This document shows, piece by piece, positions 49,699 to 58,167 of a stretch of DNA of 64,000 nt (position 1 is the first letter of the stretch; the number at the start of each line of letters is the position of its first letter). A model generated the notes under the pieces. It was given only the letters and a program-made list of their open reading frames with translations, was not told where the DNA came from and made no database searches. The DNA is from Pseudanabaena frigida (lineage in GTDB: Bacteria; Cyanobacteriota; Cyanobacteriia; Pseudanabaenales; Pseudanabaenaceae). The stretch spans positions 41,983-105,982 of the forward strand of contig QBML01000010.1 of the NCBI GenBank assembly GCA_003242085.1. The letters run 5' to 3'. The translations under genes and the position numbers were made by a program.

Positions 49699-52600
49699 AT
49701 GGCAAAAGTTCAGATCCAGAAACTGCTTGACTTTACATTGCAAATTCGTCATGCCACTAATGGAGATGATGAAATCGTAGGGACTGGGTTTATTGTGTCG
49801 GACAGTGGGTTAGTAGTGACGTGCGCTCATGTTGTAAAAGCTGCTGCTGGGAGTGTTTACCAAGGTGTCGAAGTAGGAGCCTATTTCACACCAGCACGTC
49901 AAAAATGGCAAGCAAGGGTGATCGGATGTTTTAAAGACTGCGATGATGATGTCGTGATGCTACAACTTGAGGATGAGAATAGCTCATTTATATTGCCTAG
50001 TAATATGCATCCTGCGCGAATTGCAGGAGCGGATGAGTCAGAAGGGAATCCCTTTCTTAGCTATGGCTATAAAAGGTTAGAGAAATATAGAGCAGGGAGG
50101 GCTGAGGGTAAGATTTTAGGTGAAGTTGAATCACCTGATAACGTTGTTTTGCAACACAATCCGATTCAGTTAAAGTCGAGTGAAATCAATGGTGGGATGA
50201 GTGGTGCGGCGGTACTAGATGTAGAGCGCGATCGCGTGGTGGGAATTATCTCGGAAACTTGGTTCCCAGATGAGACGGGGAAAGATCGGGATACGGCTTG
50301 GGCGGTGAATGTGCGGGTGTTGGCTTTGCCACCGATCGCATTGTCGATAAGTAATGAGAATGGGGTAACGGAGACAGATATAGTACCGATGGAGACAGCA
50401 CCAATGACGGATAATATTGCGATGTCTACCCTCAAGCAAAAACTGGTAAATGCGCCGCCGATCTTTGATGAATGGGTCGGACGGGTGGAATTGTTGCAAG
50501 CTTTGGATGAGGATTGGGGCGATCCTGCGCGGCGGATTGTGGAATTGATTGGGTTTGGGGGTGAGGGTAAGAGTAGTGTGGCGCGGCGGTGGGTGGCGAA
50601 TGTGTTGTCATCAAATCGCAAACCGCTTGCGGCTTTCTGGTGGGGATTTTATGAGAATGGCGGTATTGATGAGTTTTTCGAGGCGTTGGCTGAGTTTCTG
50701 GTTGGGGATGTGATTGATATCAGCGAATACAAGTCAGCGAGTGAAAAGATTCGGTTGATTAATTCGGTTTTGCGGAAGGGTGGGCGCTATCTGTTTGTGT
50801 TGGATGGTTTGGAGGTGTTGCAGCATGAGAGCGGTGATGATTATGGCTTGCTCAAAAGTCCCGATCTGCGGGAGTGGTTGCGAACTTTGGCAAAGGGAGA
50901 GAATGAGGCATTTTGTGTGGTGACGAGTCGTGCGCCGTTGTTCGATCTGATCGATCTGACGACGTTTGTGCATCGGGATGTGGAACGGTTGACGGATGGG
51001 GAGGGGTGTGAGTTATTGCAAAAGTTGGGTGTGCGGGGTGAGGTGGCGGCGCTAAGGCAGGTGGTGCGCGATTGGGATGGTTATGCGTTGGTGTTGAGTT
51101 TGTTGGGAACTTATCTGGTGGAGAGGTATGCGGGGGATGTAGCGAAGATTGAAGAGATTGAGGCTCCATTGGTGCAGGAGGCGAGGTATGACCGTGTGCG
51201 GCGAGTGCTAAGGCGCTATGATGAGCATTTGTCTGAGGCGGAACGGGAGGTGATGGAATGTTTTAGTGCGTTCCGTTTGCCAGTGAAGGAGGCGGCGTTG
51301 GCGGATTTAGGGGGATCAAGTGGGATTTTGAATCAGTTAGTGAACTATCGGATGTTGCGCTACGATAACCGATTGCAACACTATACGACGCATCCGTTGA
51401 TTAGGGCGCATTATTTAGAACGGCTGAAAGAGAAGCCCATTGAGGTAGTGCAGGCACTCCATAATCGGATTAAGAGTTGGTATCTCGACATTGCGGGAGA
51501 AATGCCCGAAGTGCCAACCCTCGAACAACTTGCGCCGTTGATTGAAGCGGTACATCATGCTTGTCAGGCGGGTGAGTATGATGAGGCGAATGATATTCGC
51601 AGGGAGCGGATTTATCAGGGAAATCAACGTGTCCTTCCCAATAAACTCGGTGCTTGGGAAACGAATCTTGCCATCATGCAAGAGTTTTTCCCACAGGGCG
51701 ACACATCCCAAAATCCGCAGGTAAGCCAACCGAGAACTAAAGGTTTTGTTCTGAATGAGATCGCCCTCTGCCTCATGTGTTTGGGACGCTTGCACGAAAC
51801 ACCTCCCTTTTACGAACGCGGCACAAAAATCGATCTCGCTCAATCCGACTGGCGCAATGCCAGTGTTGGCTACCGAAACCTAGCAGATTTGTATGCCAAT
51901 CTCGGAGATCTGGCGGCGAGTGCTAAGTCGGCGCGTGAGGCGATCGCCCTAAGCGATCGCGCCGAGGATAAAAATTACAAACGTAATTCACTTGCCTATC
52001 TCGCTTATGCAGAATTTTTGCAAGGAGATAGAACTACTGCGGGTGAGGCATTTCGGCAAGCTGAGATATTGGAATGTAAGATTTATCCTTCTAGTCAATA
52101 TCTGAACAGCATCGGAGGAATTTTTCATGCGGAATACTTGCTAAGGTATGGTGAAGTGGACTATGGGCGGCGAGTCACAGAGGTAAATCTCAAAGTTTGC
52201 GAAGAGAATCACTTTGTAAAATCTGTTAGCCAGTGTCATCGCGTTCTCGGAGATCTTGGCATCGATCCGCAAGTTCATTATGCCGAAGCCCTCAAAATTG
52301 CCCGTAGTATTTCCTTCCGTCCCGCTCTCATTGAAGCCTTACTAGGCTATGGTCGCTGGTTGGTTGGTCTAGGACTAATCCCAATTTCGCAAGACGTGGA
52401 GCAAGCAATTTCCTATTCCCCAACAGAGCAATGCTATATGCTTTCCCTCCGCACCAATGAGCATCCTATCGATGAGAACGATCTGGCACTAGCCCGACAA
52501 TATCTTGACGAAGCCCTGACCTATGCCACTACCAGCGGTTATCGCATTTATGAAACCGATCTTCGCATTGCCCTAGCATGGCTCCATTGGCGCGAAGGCG

Positions 52601-52728
52601 ATCTCATTACCGCCAGACGTGAAGCCGACAGAGCCAAACGCGCTAGTGAGGAGATGGGATATTTCTGGGGTCAAGTTGATGCGAGCAACTTAATTACGAA
52701 TTACGAATTACGAATTACGAGGTGTTGA
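49699..52728 (+). CDS. Trypsin-like protease - STAND (NB-ARC-like) NTPase - TPR protein
   Basis: Triad motifs VTCAHVV, DDDVVML and GGMSGAAV; Walker A GFGGEGKS; Walker B LFVLDGLE; HPLIR winged helix; TPR-like C-terminus. Confidence 0.9.
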   Translation: MAKVQIQKLLDFTLQIRHATNGDDEIVGTGFIVSDSGLVVTCAHVVKAAAGSVYQGVEVGAYFTPARQKWQARVIGCFKDCDDDVVMLQLEDENSSFILPSNMHPARIAGADESEGNPFLSYGYKRLEKYRAGRAEGKILGEVESPDNVVLQHNPIQLKSSEINGGMSGAAVLDVERDRVVGIISETWFPDETGKDRDTAWAVNVRVLALPPIALSISNENGVTETDIVPMETAPMTDNIAMSTLKQKLVNAPPIFDEWVGRVELLQALDEDWGDPARRIVELIGFGGEGKSSVARRWVANVLSSNRKPLAAFWWGFYENGGIDEFFEALAEFLVGDVIDISEYKSASEKIRLINSVLRKGGRYLFVLDGLEVLQHESGDDYGLLKSPDLREWLRTLAKGENEAFCVVTSRAPLFDLIDLTTFVHRDVERLTDGEGCELLQKLGVRGEVAALRQVVRDWDGYALVLSLLGTYLVERYAGDVAKIEEIEAPLVQEARYDRVRRVLRRYDEHLSEAEREVMECFSAFRLPVKEAALADLGGSSGILNQLVNYRMLRYDNRLQHYTTHPLIRAHYLERLKEKPIEVVQALHNRIKSWYLDIAGEMPEVPTLEQLAPLIEAVHHACQAGEYDEANDIRRERIYQGNQRVLPNKLGAWETNLAIMQEFFPQGDTSQNPQVSQPRTKGFVLNEIALCLMCLGRLHETPPFYERGTKIDLAQSDWRNASVGYRNLADLYANLGDLAASAKSAREAIALSDRAEDKNYKRNSLAYLAYAEFLQGDRTTAGEAFRQAEILECKIYPSSQYLNSIGGIFHAEYLLRYGEVDYGRRVTEVNLKVCEENHFVKSVSQCHRVLGDLGIDPQVHYAEALKIARSISFRPALIEALLGYGRWLVGLGLIPISQDVEQAISYSPTEQCYMLSLRTNEHPIDENDLALARQYLDEALTYATTSGYRIYETDLRIALAWLHWREGDLITARREADRAKRASEEMGYFWGQVDASNLITNYELRITRC
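52692..52720 (+). repeat. Heptamer tandem array (AATTACG)x4 + A
   Basis: Four exact copies at 52692, 52699, 52706 and 52713. Confidence 0.97.
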
Positions 52729-52733
52729 TTGCA

Positions 52734-53090
52734 ATGAAAGAAGAAAACATTATCCAGACTAAAAGTTATGCATTTGCTGTGCGTATAGTTAGACTTCATC
52801 AACATCTCGTAAACACAAAAAAAGAATATGTTCTGTCTAAACAAATATTGCGATCGGGAACCAGTATCGGCGCAAATGTTGAAGAGGCGATCAGTGGGCA
52901 GTCAAAAGCTGACTTTATCTCCAAACTATCCATAGCCTACAAAGAAGCCCGTGAAACAAGCTACTGGCTAAGACTATTAAAAGATACCGATTACCTGACC
53001 GAAAAAGAATTTGAAAGCATACATCCCGATGTAGAAGAACTATGTCGGATTATTGGGAGCATACAGAAAAGTGCGAAGGGGAATGAATAA
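52734..53090 (+). CDS. Four helix bundle protein (TIGR02436 / 23S rRNA-IVP / Avd-like family)
   Basis: KSYAFAVRIVRL, LSKQILRSGTSIGANVEEA, SKADFISKLSIAYKEARETSYWLRLL. ATG 52734 preferred. Confidence 0.93.
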   Translation: MKEENIIQTKSYAFAVRIVRLHQHLVNTKKEYVLSKQILRSGTSIGANVEEAISGQSKADFISKLSIAYKEARETSYWLRLLKDTDYLTEKEFESIHPDVEELCRIIGSIQKSAKGNE

Positions 53091-53148
53091 TTACGAATTA
53101 TCAATTACGATTTAAAATTTCGTAATTCGTAATTCGTAATTCGTAATT
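53089..53148. repeat. Heptamer arrays: three forward copies (one variant), then T + (CGTAATT)x4 inverted
   Basis: AATTACG-AATTATC-AATTACG at 53089-53109; inverted copies at 53121, 53128, 53135 and 53142. Confidence 0.95.
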
Positions 53149-53536
53149 TAGATCCCCTCTGAAACTTGAAAACGCAGTTCAAACAAAAAGATAGAGCGAT
53201 TAATGTGTGTTAATGCGTCGTTACGAGTAGATAGTCTTTTGCTGATGCTTATTTGGTTAGTATGTCTGAGGTAATACCATACTTCGCAGTTTTAATATAA
53301 GCTCCTCTCAAGTCCTTTGAAATTGCGGAATTCAAGCGAATTCTCAAATAAATTTTGAGCACCTATGAAAGGACTAAATTGTATATTCTGTTTGATTTCG
53401 TCACAAATATTTACGTTAAAAATCAGCTTTCTTCCTTCTATTTACATACGTATTGTTACTACTATCTGTACATGTATTTCTTTCTGCCGTCTCTATAGAC
53501 TTGAAAAGTTCGTGATTCACATGGGAGGGCTTAATT

Positions 53537-55672
53537 ATGGCAAAGCGATCTTTAAAAGCATCAACATCAGGTGCTAGATTAGCTAAGCAGCAATTTACCT
53601 TTAAAGGTTGGACACAAGAGTATCTAGCGAGTGAAGTAGGTATCAAAACGCGGCAACCGATTTGGCGGTTTTTTGCAGGGCAACCAATTGAACGATATAC
53701 ATTTTTTGAGATTTGTACGGCTTTAGATTTGGAATGGAGAGAGGTTGCCTCCAATGCACCAGCAGAATATATCGATCGCACAGTCGATCGCATTACCAAT
53801 AACACTGAGTTAGAACCAACATCTCTAAAATTAGATGATGTAGTGCAAATGGTGCGATCGCAACGCAAGGATAAAGTTAATCATCAATGTGGCATCTTGC
53901 AACTATTAGATATTGGTCGTCCCGTCGAGCTTGACAAGATCTACATCGATGTAAATGCGATCGAACAAATCCCCAGTCAGCAAGGGATCGAAATCTCCGA
54001 TCTCGATAGTCTAGCGCCCGAAGATATCGATCGCTTCGACCTAGACAAAATCACCGCCAGACAAATCCTCGGTACAGAAGCAGTAGAGAAATATGGCAAC
54101 CTACGAGTACTGGGTAAGACAGGCTCTGGTAAGTCTATATTTCTCAAACATCTGGCAATGCAATGCAATGCTGGAAGGTTTGCTGCAAACCAAGTTCCAA
54201 TGTTTATGACGTTGCGAGATTTTGCCGAAAGTTATAAGTACAACCAGCAGTTACGCTTATTAGAGTTTATCCATCAAGAATTTCTTGAATCAGATATTTC
54301 TCACCCAGAAACCCTTAAGAAACTGCTTCACGAAGGAAGAATATTGTTCTTAATTGATGGCATTGATGAAATTTGCCAAGATGTAAAACTAGAACATAGG
54401 GTTTTAAATGAAGTTCGCCGATTTTGTGAGCGATACCACAAGAATACTTTTGTAACAACCTGTCGGACTGCCTTGCAAAAACTCACCCTGAAAGGCTTTA
54501 CCGATGTCCAAATCACTCCACTTAACGAAGACCAAATCAGCGCGGGAGCCCGAAAATGGTTTGGAGAATTTAGCAAGGCTGATGGCACTAATGGACTAAA
54601 AATTTCATCTCAATTTATGCAAGAGTTGAAATTACCAGAAAATTGGCAATTTCAGTCATTGATGACTACCCCGCTATTTTTGCATCTTGCCTGTTCCATA
54701 TTTCATCGTCAAAAGAAGTTTCCGATTAAAGCGGATTTTTATAAGCAAGGTATGGATTTGCTGGTATGGAAATGGGATGAAGCAAGAGGAATGGATCGGA
54801 ATCAATCATACCCAGGATTTGCATTACCGCAAAAGCTACAGTTGTGGAGTGAAATTGCCTCATTCACCTTTGAAAAAGGGCAATACTTTTTTGAGCAACG
54901 GGTAATTGAGGAACATATCGCTAACTCCGTACAAAATCTTACCGATACTAACTCTGAGCCAGAAGAACTTTACCAAGCGATCGAAGCCGTGTTACGCATG
55001 GTCAAGTCTCAACATCACGGACTTTTAGCTGAGCGGGCAAGGGGTATATTTTCCTTCTCCTATTCCGCCATGCAACAGTATTGTATTGCCCGTAAGATTG
55101 TTGCTGGTCAACATCTCCAACCATCAGGGCAATCTTTGCAGGAACTTGTAACTCATCTTACCGATCCTCGTTGGCATGAAATCTTTTTGCTCACGGCAAG
55201 TATGCTTCACAGTTCCGATGATTTGGTGCAGTTAATGAAACAAGAAATTAATCGCCTCGTTGCTGAATCTCCTTATTTAGAGAACTTTTTGGCTTGGGCA
55301 TACCAAAAATCCCAAAACAATCTAGAAACAAGCCCAGACTCAGGGGAGCGGAAAACTTTACATTCCTGCGATCGATTATCAAATAAAAATCACATGGAAC
55401 CCAACCTTGAGAATTGGAGCAACAATAACTGTATGACTCGGTTATGGCAGTTGCAACAAGCGATCGCCAATCGTGAAAATGTTGATGCCTCCAAACAACA
55501 AGTGTTACAAAGCTTCTATGACGCTAATCAATTGCTGCTTGACTGTCTCAATAGTAGTTGCGAAGTTACATCCAGCATCAGAGAAGAAATAGAAGCAAAC
55601 TTACTGTGTTATAGCTATTGCCGCTCTAGTTACAGCAAATTAAGTTCAAACATGTTACCAATGGAAGTATAA
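53537..55672 (+). CDS. HTH - NACHT NTPase with C-terminal helical domain
   Basis: N-terminal XRE-like HTH (GWTQEYLASEVG..RQPIWRFF); Walker A GKTGSGKS; Walker B FLIDGIDE; TPLFLHLAC; C-terminal FYDANQLLLDCLNS. Confidence 0.88.
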   Translation: MAKRSLKASTSGARLAKQQFTFKGWTQEYLASEVGIKTRQPIWRFFAGQPIERYTFFEICTALDLEWREVASNAPAEYIDRTVDRITNNTELEPTSLKLDDVVQMVRSQRKDKVNHQCGILQLLDIGRPVELDKIYIDVNAIEQIPSQQGIEISDLDSLAPEDIDRFDLDKITARQILGTEAVEKYGNLRVLGKTGSGKSIFLKHLAMQCNAGRFAANQVPMFMTLRDFAESYKYNQQLRLLEFIHQEFLESDISHPETLKKLLHEGRILFLIDGIDEICQDVKLEHRVLNEVRRFCERYHKNTFVTTCRTALQKLTLKGFTDVQITPLNEDQISAGARKWFGEFSKADGTNGLKISSQFMQELKLPENWQFQSLMTTPLFLHLACSIFHRQKKFPIKADFYKQGMDLLVWKWDEARGMDRNQSYPGFALPQKLQLWSEIASFTFEKGQYFFEQRVIEEHIANSVQNLTDTNSEPEELYQAIEAVLRMVKSQHHGLLAERARGIFSFSYSAMQQYCIARKIVAGQHLQPSGQSLQELVTHLTDPRWHEIFLLTASMLHSSDDLVQLMKQEINRLVAESPYLENFLAWAYQKSQNNLETSPDSGERKTLHSCDRLSNKNHMEPNLENWSNNNCMTRLWQLQQAIANRENVDASKQQVLQSFYDANQLLLDCLNSSCEVTSSIREEIEANLLCYSYCRSSYSKLSSNMLPMEV

Positions 55673-55784
55673 AACAATTTACTCCCTTCCCAGTAAAGAA
55701 TAAGTGGTGCGCGGCTTTGCCGCGCACCACTTATTCTTTACTTTACAGCACCTATTCTTTCGGTGCTAAGGGAGTAAATTGTTT
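55672..55784. mobile_element. Nested palindromes: 58-bp hairpin element inserted into the left arm of a 23-bp-arm palindrome
   Basis: Outer arms AAACAATTTACTCCCTT|AGCACC and GGTGCTAAGGGAGTAAATTGTTT. The insert at 55689-55746 contains a 24-bp perfect stem with a GC-TTT-GC cap (55692-55742). Confidence 0.75.
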
Positions 55785-55799
55785 GCTCAATTTAGCGCT

Positions 55800-57977
55800 T
55801 TAAGCAGCAACAGCCACAGGACTATCGAGCTTCTTCAACTGCTGCACTAGCAAGCTAAGGAATAGACCTACATCGGTAACTACACCAACTGACTCAACAG
55901 AACCGCGATCGGAGAGCTTGGTTACAACTGCTGGATTGATATCCACGCAAACCATCTTCACACCTGCGGGAGTCATGTTACCCACACCGATGGAATGCAG
56001 CATTGACGACAACATCAAAATCATGTCCGCACCGCGAATTTGTTCGCTATACAAGCGTTGTGCTTCTAGCAAATCCATTACAGTGTCAGGCAAAGGTCCA
56101 TCATCACGAATGGAGCCAGCAAGTACAAAGGGAATATCGTTCTTAACGCATTCGTACATTACGCCAGTCTTCACAAAACCAGCCTCAACTGCCTTGTGGA
56201 TGCTGCCATAGCGACGGACGGAGTTAATTACTTTCAGGTGATGGCGATGTCCGCCTTTGACGCTCACGCCACGCTTAAGATCGACACCGAGGGAAGTTCC
56301 CATTGAGGACTGTTCCATGTCGTGAACGGCGATTGCATTACCACCAAGCATCGACTGCACATAGCCTTCACGAATCAAGTAAGCCAAGTGAGGAGCTCCG
56401 CCAGTATGTACGACTACGGGGCCGCAGGAGACAACTAACTTACCACCGCGATCGCGAATTTGGCGAAGTTCCCATGCGATTTGCTCGACCACGAGTTCGA
56501 CGCGACGTTCGCTAGATACACCCGCACCCATGAAGGAAAATTCTTCTTTCTTGGCGGTATCTCTAGCTTCAGGCTTACGCACAGTCCGCACGCCATCGTA
56601 ACCAACCACCACGCGATCGCCTACGATGAGATCGCGCAGCAGCTTGCAAGTAGCAGTTTTACCATCGGGACTAATGGCGATCGCGGCATCCATACGCTGA
56701 TTCGTACAACGAATCCACTCGCCATCCACACAAGCCTCAGTGGGATAAATTGTGGATACATAGAAGTCATCGGGAGCGACTCCATCTTGCAAGACTGGTT
56801 CTAAATTGGCAGCACATGTCTCGCGATCTTGTAATACTGCACCGATCTCGATCAGTTCGCCCATGATTGTTTCCATGAGGTCATGGGATGGTGCAGAAAT
56901 TCGGATTCTGGCTAAAGAAGTGCTTTGTCTTTGTTCGCCAAGATTAAATTCTAATACTTGGAAACTACCACCGTTATCGGTTACTAGATCGAGAGCGCGA
57001 TTGATGATTCCAGAATCAAGCAAATGTCCTGTTAATTCGACAATTCTTGCTTCTACTCCACCTTGCTCAATAGCTCCTTGTTCGCTTTCTGCGGCAATGG
57101 GAACTTCAATAGTTCTCAAAGTTAGACATTTAGCGGCTCCACCAGCTTTGAGAAACTCAGTGAGAGGAGTTTCAATGACAGTAAAACCAGCGTCAGTAAT
57201 GCGTTGTTTTAAGCGATCGCTAATTTTATTCATCACCACATTGCGATCAACGTTGACTGCATTACAAGCAAAATTCACCGCATCCGCTTCTTCAATCGCA
57301 ATTCTCTTATCCGCAGGAACCCGCATTTCAATCAAACGATTGGAATAGGAATCAAAAGCAGGTGGGTAATACAGCAAATATCCGCCTGTTAAAGGACAGA
57401 AGCAGGTATCGAGATGATAGAAGCGATTGTCAATTAAACGAAGGGAGAGAACTTCGACATCTAACCATTTCGCCAAATAGGGATGAGCATCTAGTTCCGA
57501 ACGGAAGCCATAGCCAGCCCATAGCCAGCCACCACTGCGATCGAATAAGGCATCACCAGCACCTTCAAAGGGTAAATCCTTGGGTAGTTCATACACTGTA
57601 AAGCCCTTAGACTCAAACCATGCTTTGAAATAGGGTTCTTCACCTTGGCGTTCTTTATGTAAAAAACGGCTTAATACAGCTTTGTCACCTAATACCAGTC
57701 CAGCATTAGCAGTAAATACCATATCTGGCCAGCCCTTGGCGGGTGTCACTAGCTCAACATTGACTAAACCCTTGAGGACTCCATATAGTTTTTGCCATTG
57801 CTCCACAGCGCGATCGCGGCTAGATTTGTGAACGTTGCCCTCCATCCAAGGATTGATCACATAATCTACGTCGTAGTGATCGGGGGCACACATCAGATAA
57901 TTCAGTGGGGAAGTCATAGATAAGATAAATAATTTGGGAGAAGTTGCCGAATTCGGCACATTAGTATTTGACATCAT
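55800..57977 (-). CDS. argZ: Bifunctional arginine dihydrolase / ornithine cyclodeaminase (ArgZ/AgrE)
   Basis: Amidinotransferase-fold N-terminus (YLMCAP, DMVFTANAG, FEGAGD, FYHLDTCF, GGAAKC) plus LOR/SDH-type C-terminus (GGNAIAVHD, GSIRDDGPLP). The start may be about 20 codons internal. Confidence 0.93.
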   Translation of the reverse strand: MMSNTNVPNSATSPKLFILSMTSPLNYLMCAPDHYDVDYVINPWMEGNVHKSSRDRAVEQWQKLYGVLKGLVNVELVTPAKGWPDMVFTANAGLVLGDKAVLSRFLHKERQGEEPYFKAWFESKGFTVYELPKDLPFEGAGDALFDRSGGWLWAGYGFRSELDAHPYLAKWLDVEVLSLRLIDNRFYHLDTCFCPLTGGYLLYYPPAFDSYSNRLIEMRVPADKRIAIEEADAVNFACNAVNVDRNVVMNKISDRLKQRITDAGFTVIETPLTEFLKAGGAAKCLTLRTIEVPIAAESEQGAIEQGGVEARIVELTGHLLDSGIINRALDLVTDNGGSFQVLEFNLGEQRQSTSLARIRISAPSHDLMETIMGELIEIGAVLQDRETCAANLEPVLQDGVAPDDFYVSTIYPTEACVDGEWIRCTNQRMDAAIAISPDGKTATCKLLRDLIVGDRVVVGYDGVRTVRKPEARDTAKKEEFSFMGAGVSSERRVELVVEQIAWELRQIRDRGGKLVVSCGPVVVHTGGAPHLAYLIREGYVQSMLGGNAIAVHDMEQSSMGTSLGVDLKRGVSVKGGHRHHLKVINSVRRYGSIHKAVEAGFVKTGVMYECVKNDIPFVLAGSIRDDGPLPDTVMDLLEAQRLYSEQIRGADMILMLSSMLHSIGVGNMTPAGVKMVCVDINPAVVTKLSDRGSVESVGVVTDVGLFLSLLVQQLKKLDSPVAVAA

Positions 57978-57985
57978 GGCCGATC

Positions 57986-58039
57986 TGTCAAAAGCGCAAA
58001 TATGTCAATCTACAAATATGTCAGTTTATGAGATGTCAA
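57986..58039 (-). promoter_or_regulatory. Four tandem (T/C)TGACA boxes just upstream of argZ; candidate operator or promoter array
   Basis: Plus-strand TGTCA at 57986, 58003, 58019 and 58034 (spacing 17, 16, 15 bp); two share AAATATGTCA. Confidence 0.45.
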
Positions 58040-58167
58040 TCTTTAATCATACTCAATTTACATAGTTATAGACGATCGAAAAAGTTATCATCTCTTGATA
58101 ATTGCGGTATTAATACGGCATGTTAGTACATATGACCTAAGTTGCTAGGTGCAATAAATATAAAATC

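Noticed and set aside
49333-51843. Several 60-150 aa minus-strand ORFs opposite the Trypco1 and STAND genes
   Set aside because: Shadow frames favoured by the G/T skew; Pro/His/Thr-rich translations with no domain signal.
52366-52476. Apparent about 37-aa insertion in the last TPRs of the STAND protein
   Set aside because: It looks out of register with the TPR pattern, but I cannot support an insertion without an alignment.
52734-53090. Four-helix gene as the Avd of a diversity-generating retroelement
   Set aside because: No reverse transcriptase motif (YxDD) and no template/variable repeat pair were seen in the window.
52692-53148. Heptamer arrays as a CRISPR array
   Set aside because: The units are contiguous 7-mers with no spacers, and no cas genes are present.
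53416-53868. 150-aa minus-strand ORF opposite the NACHT start
   Set aside because: Antisense to a well-supported gene, with no recognisable motifs.
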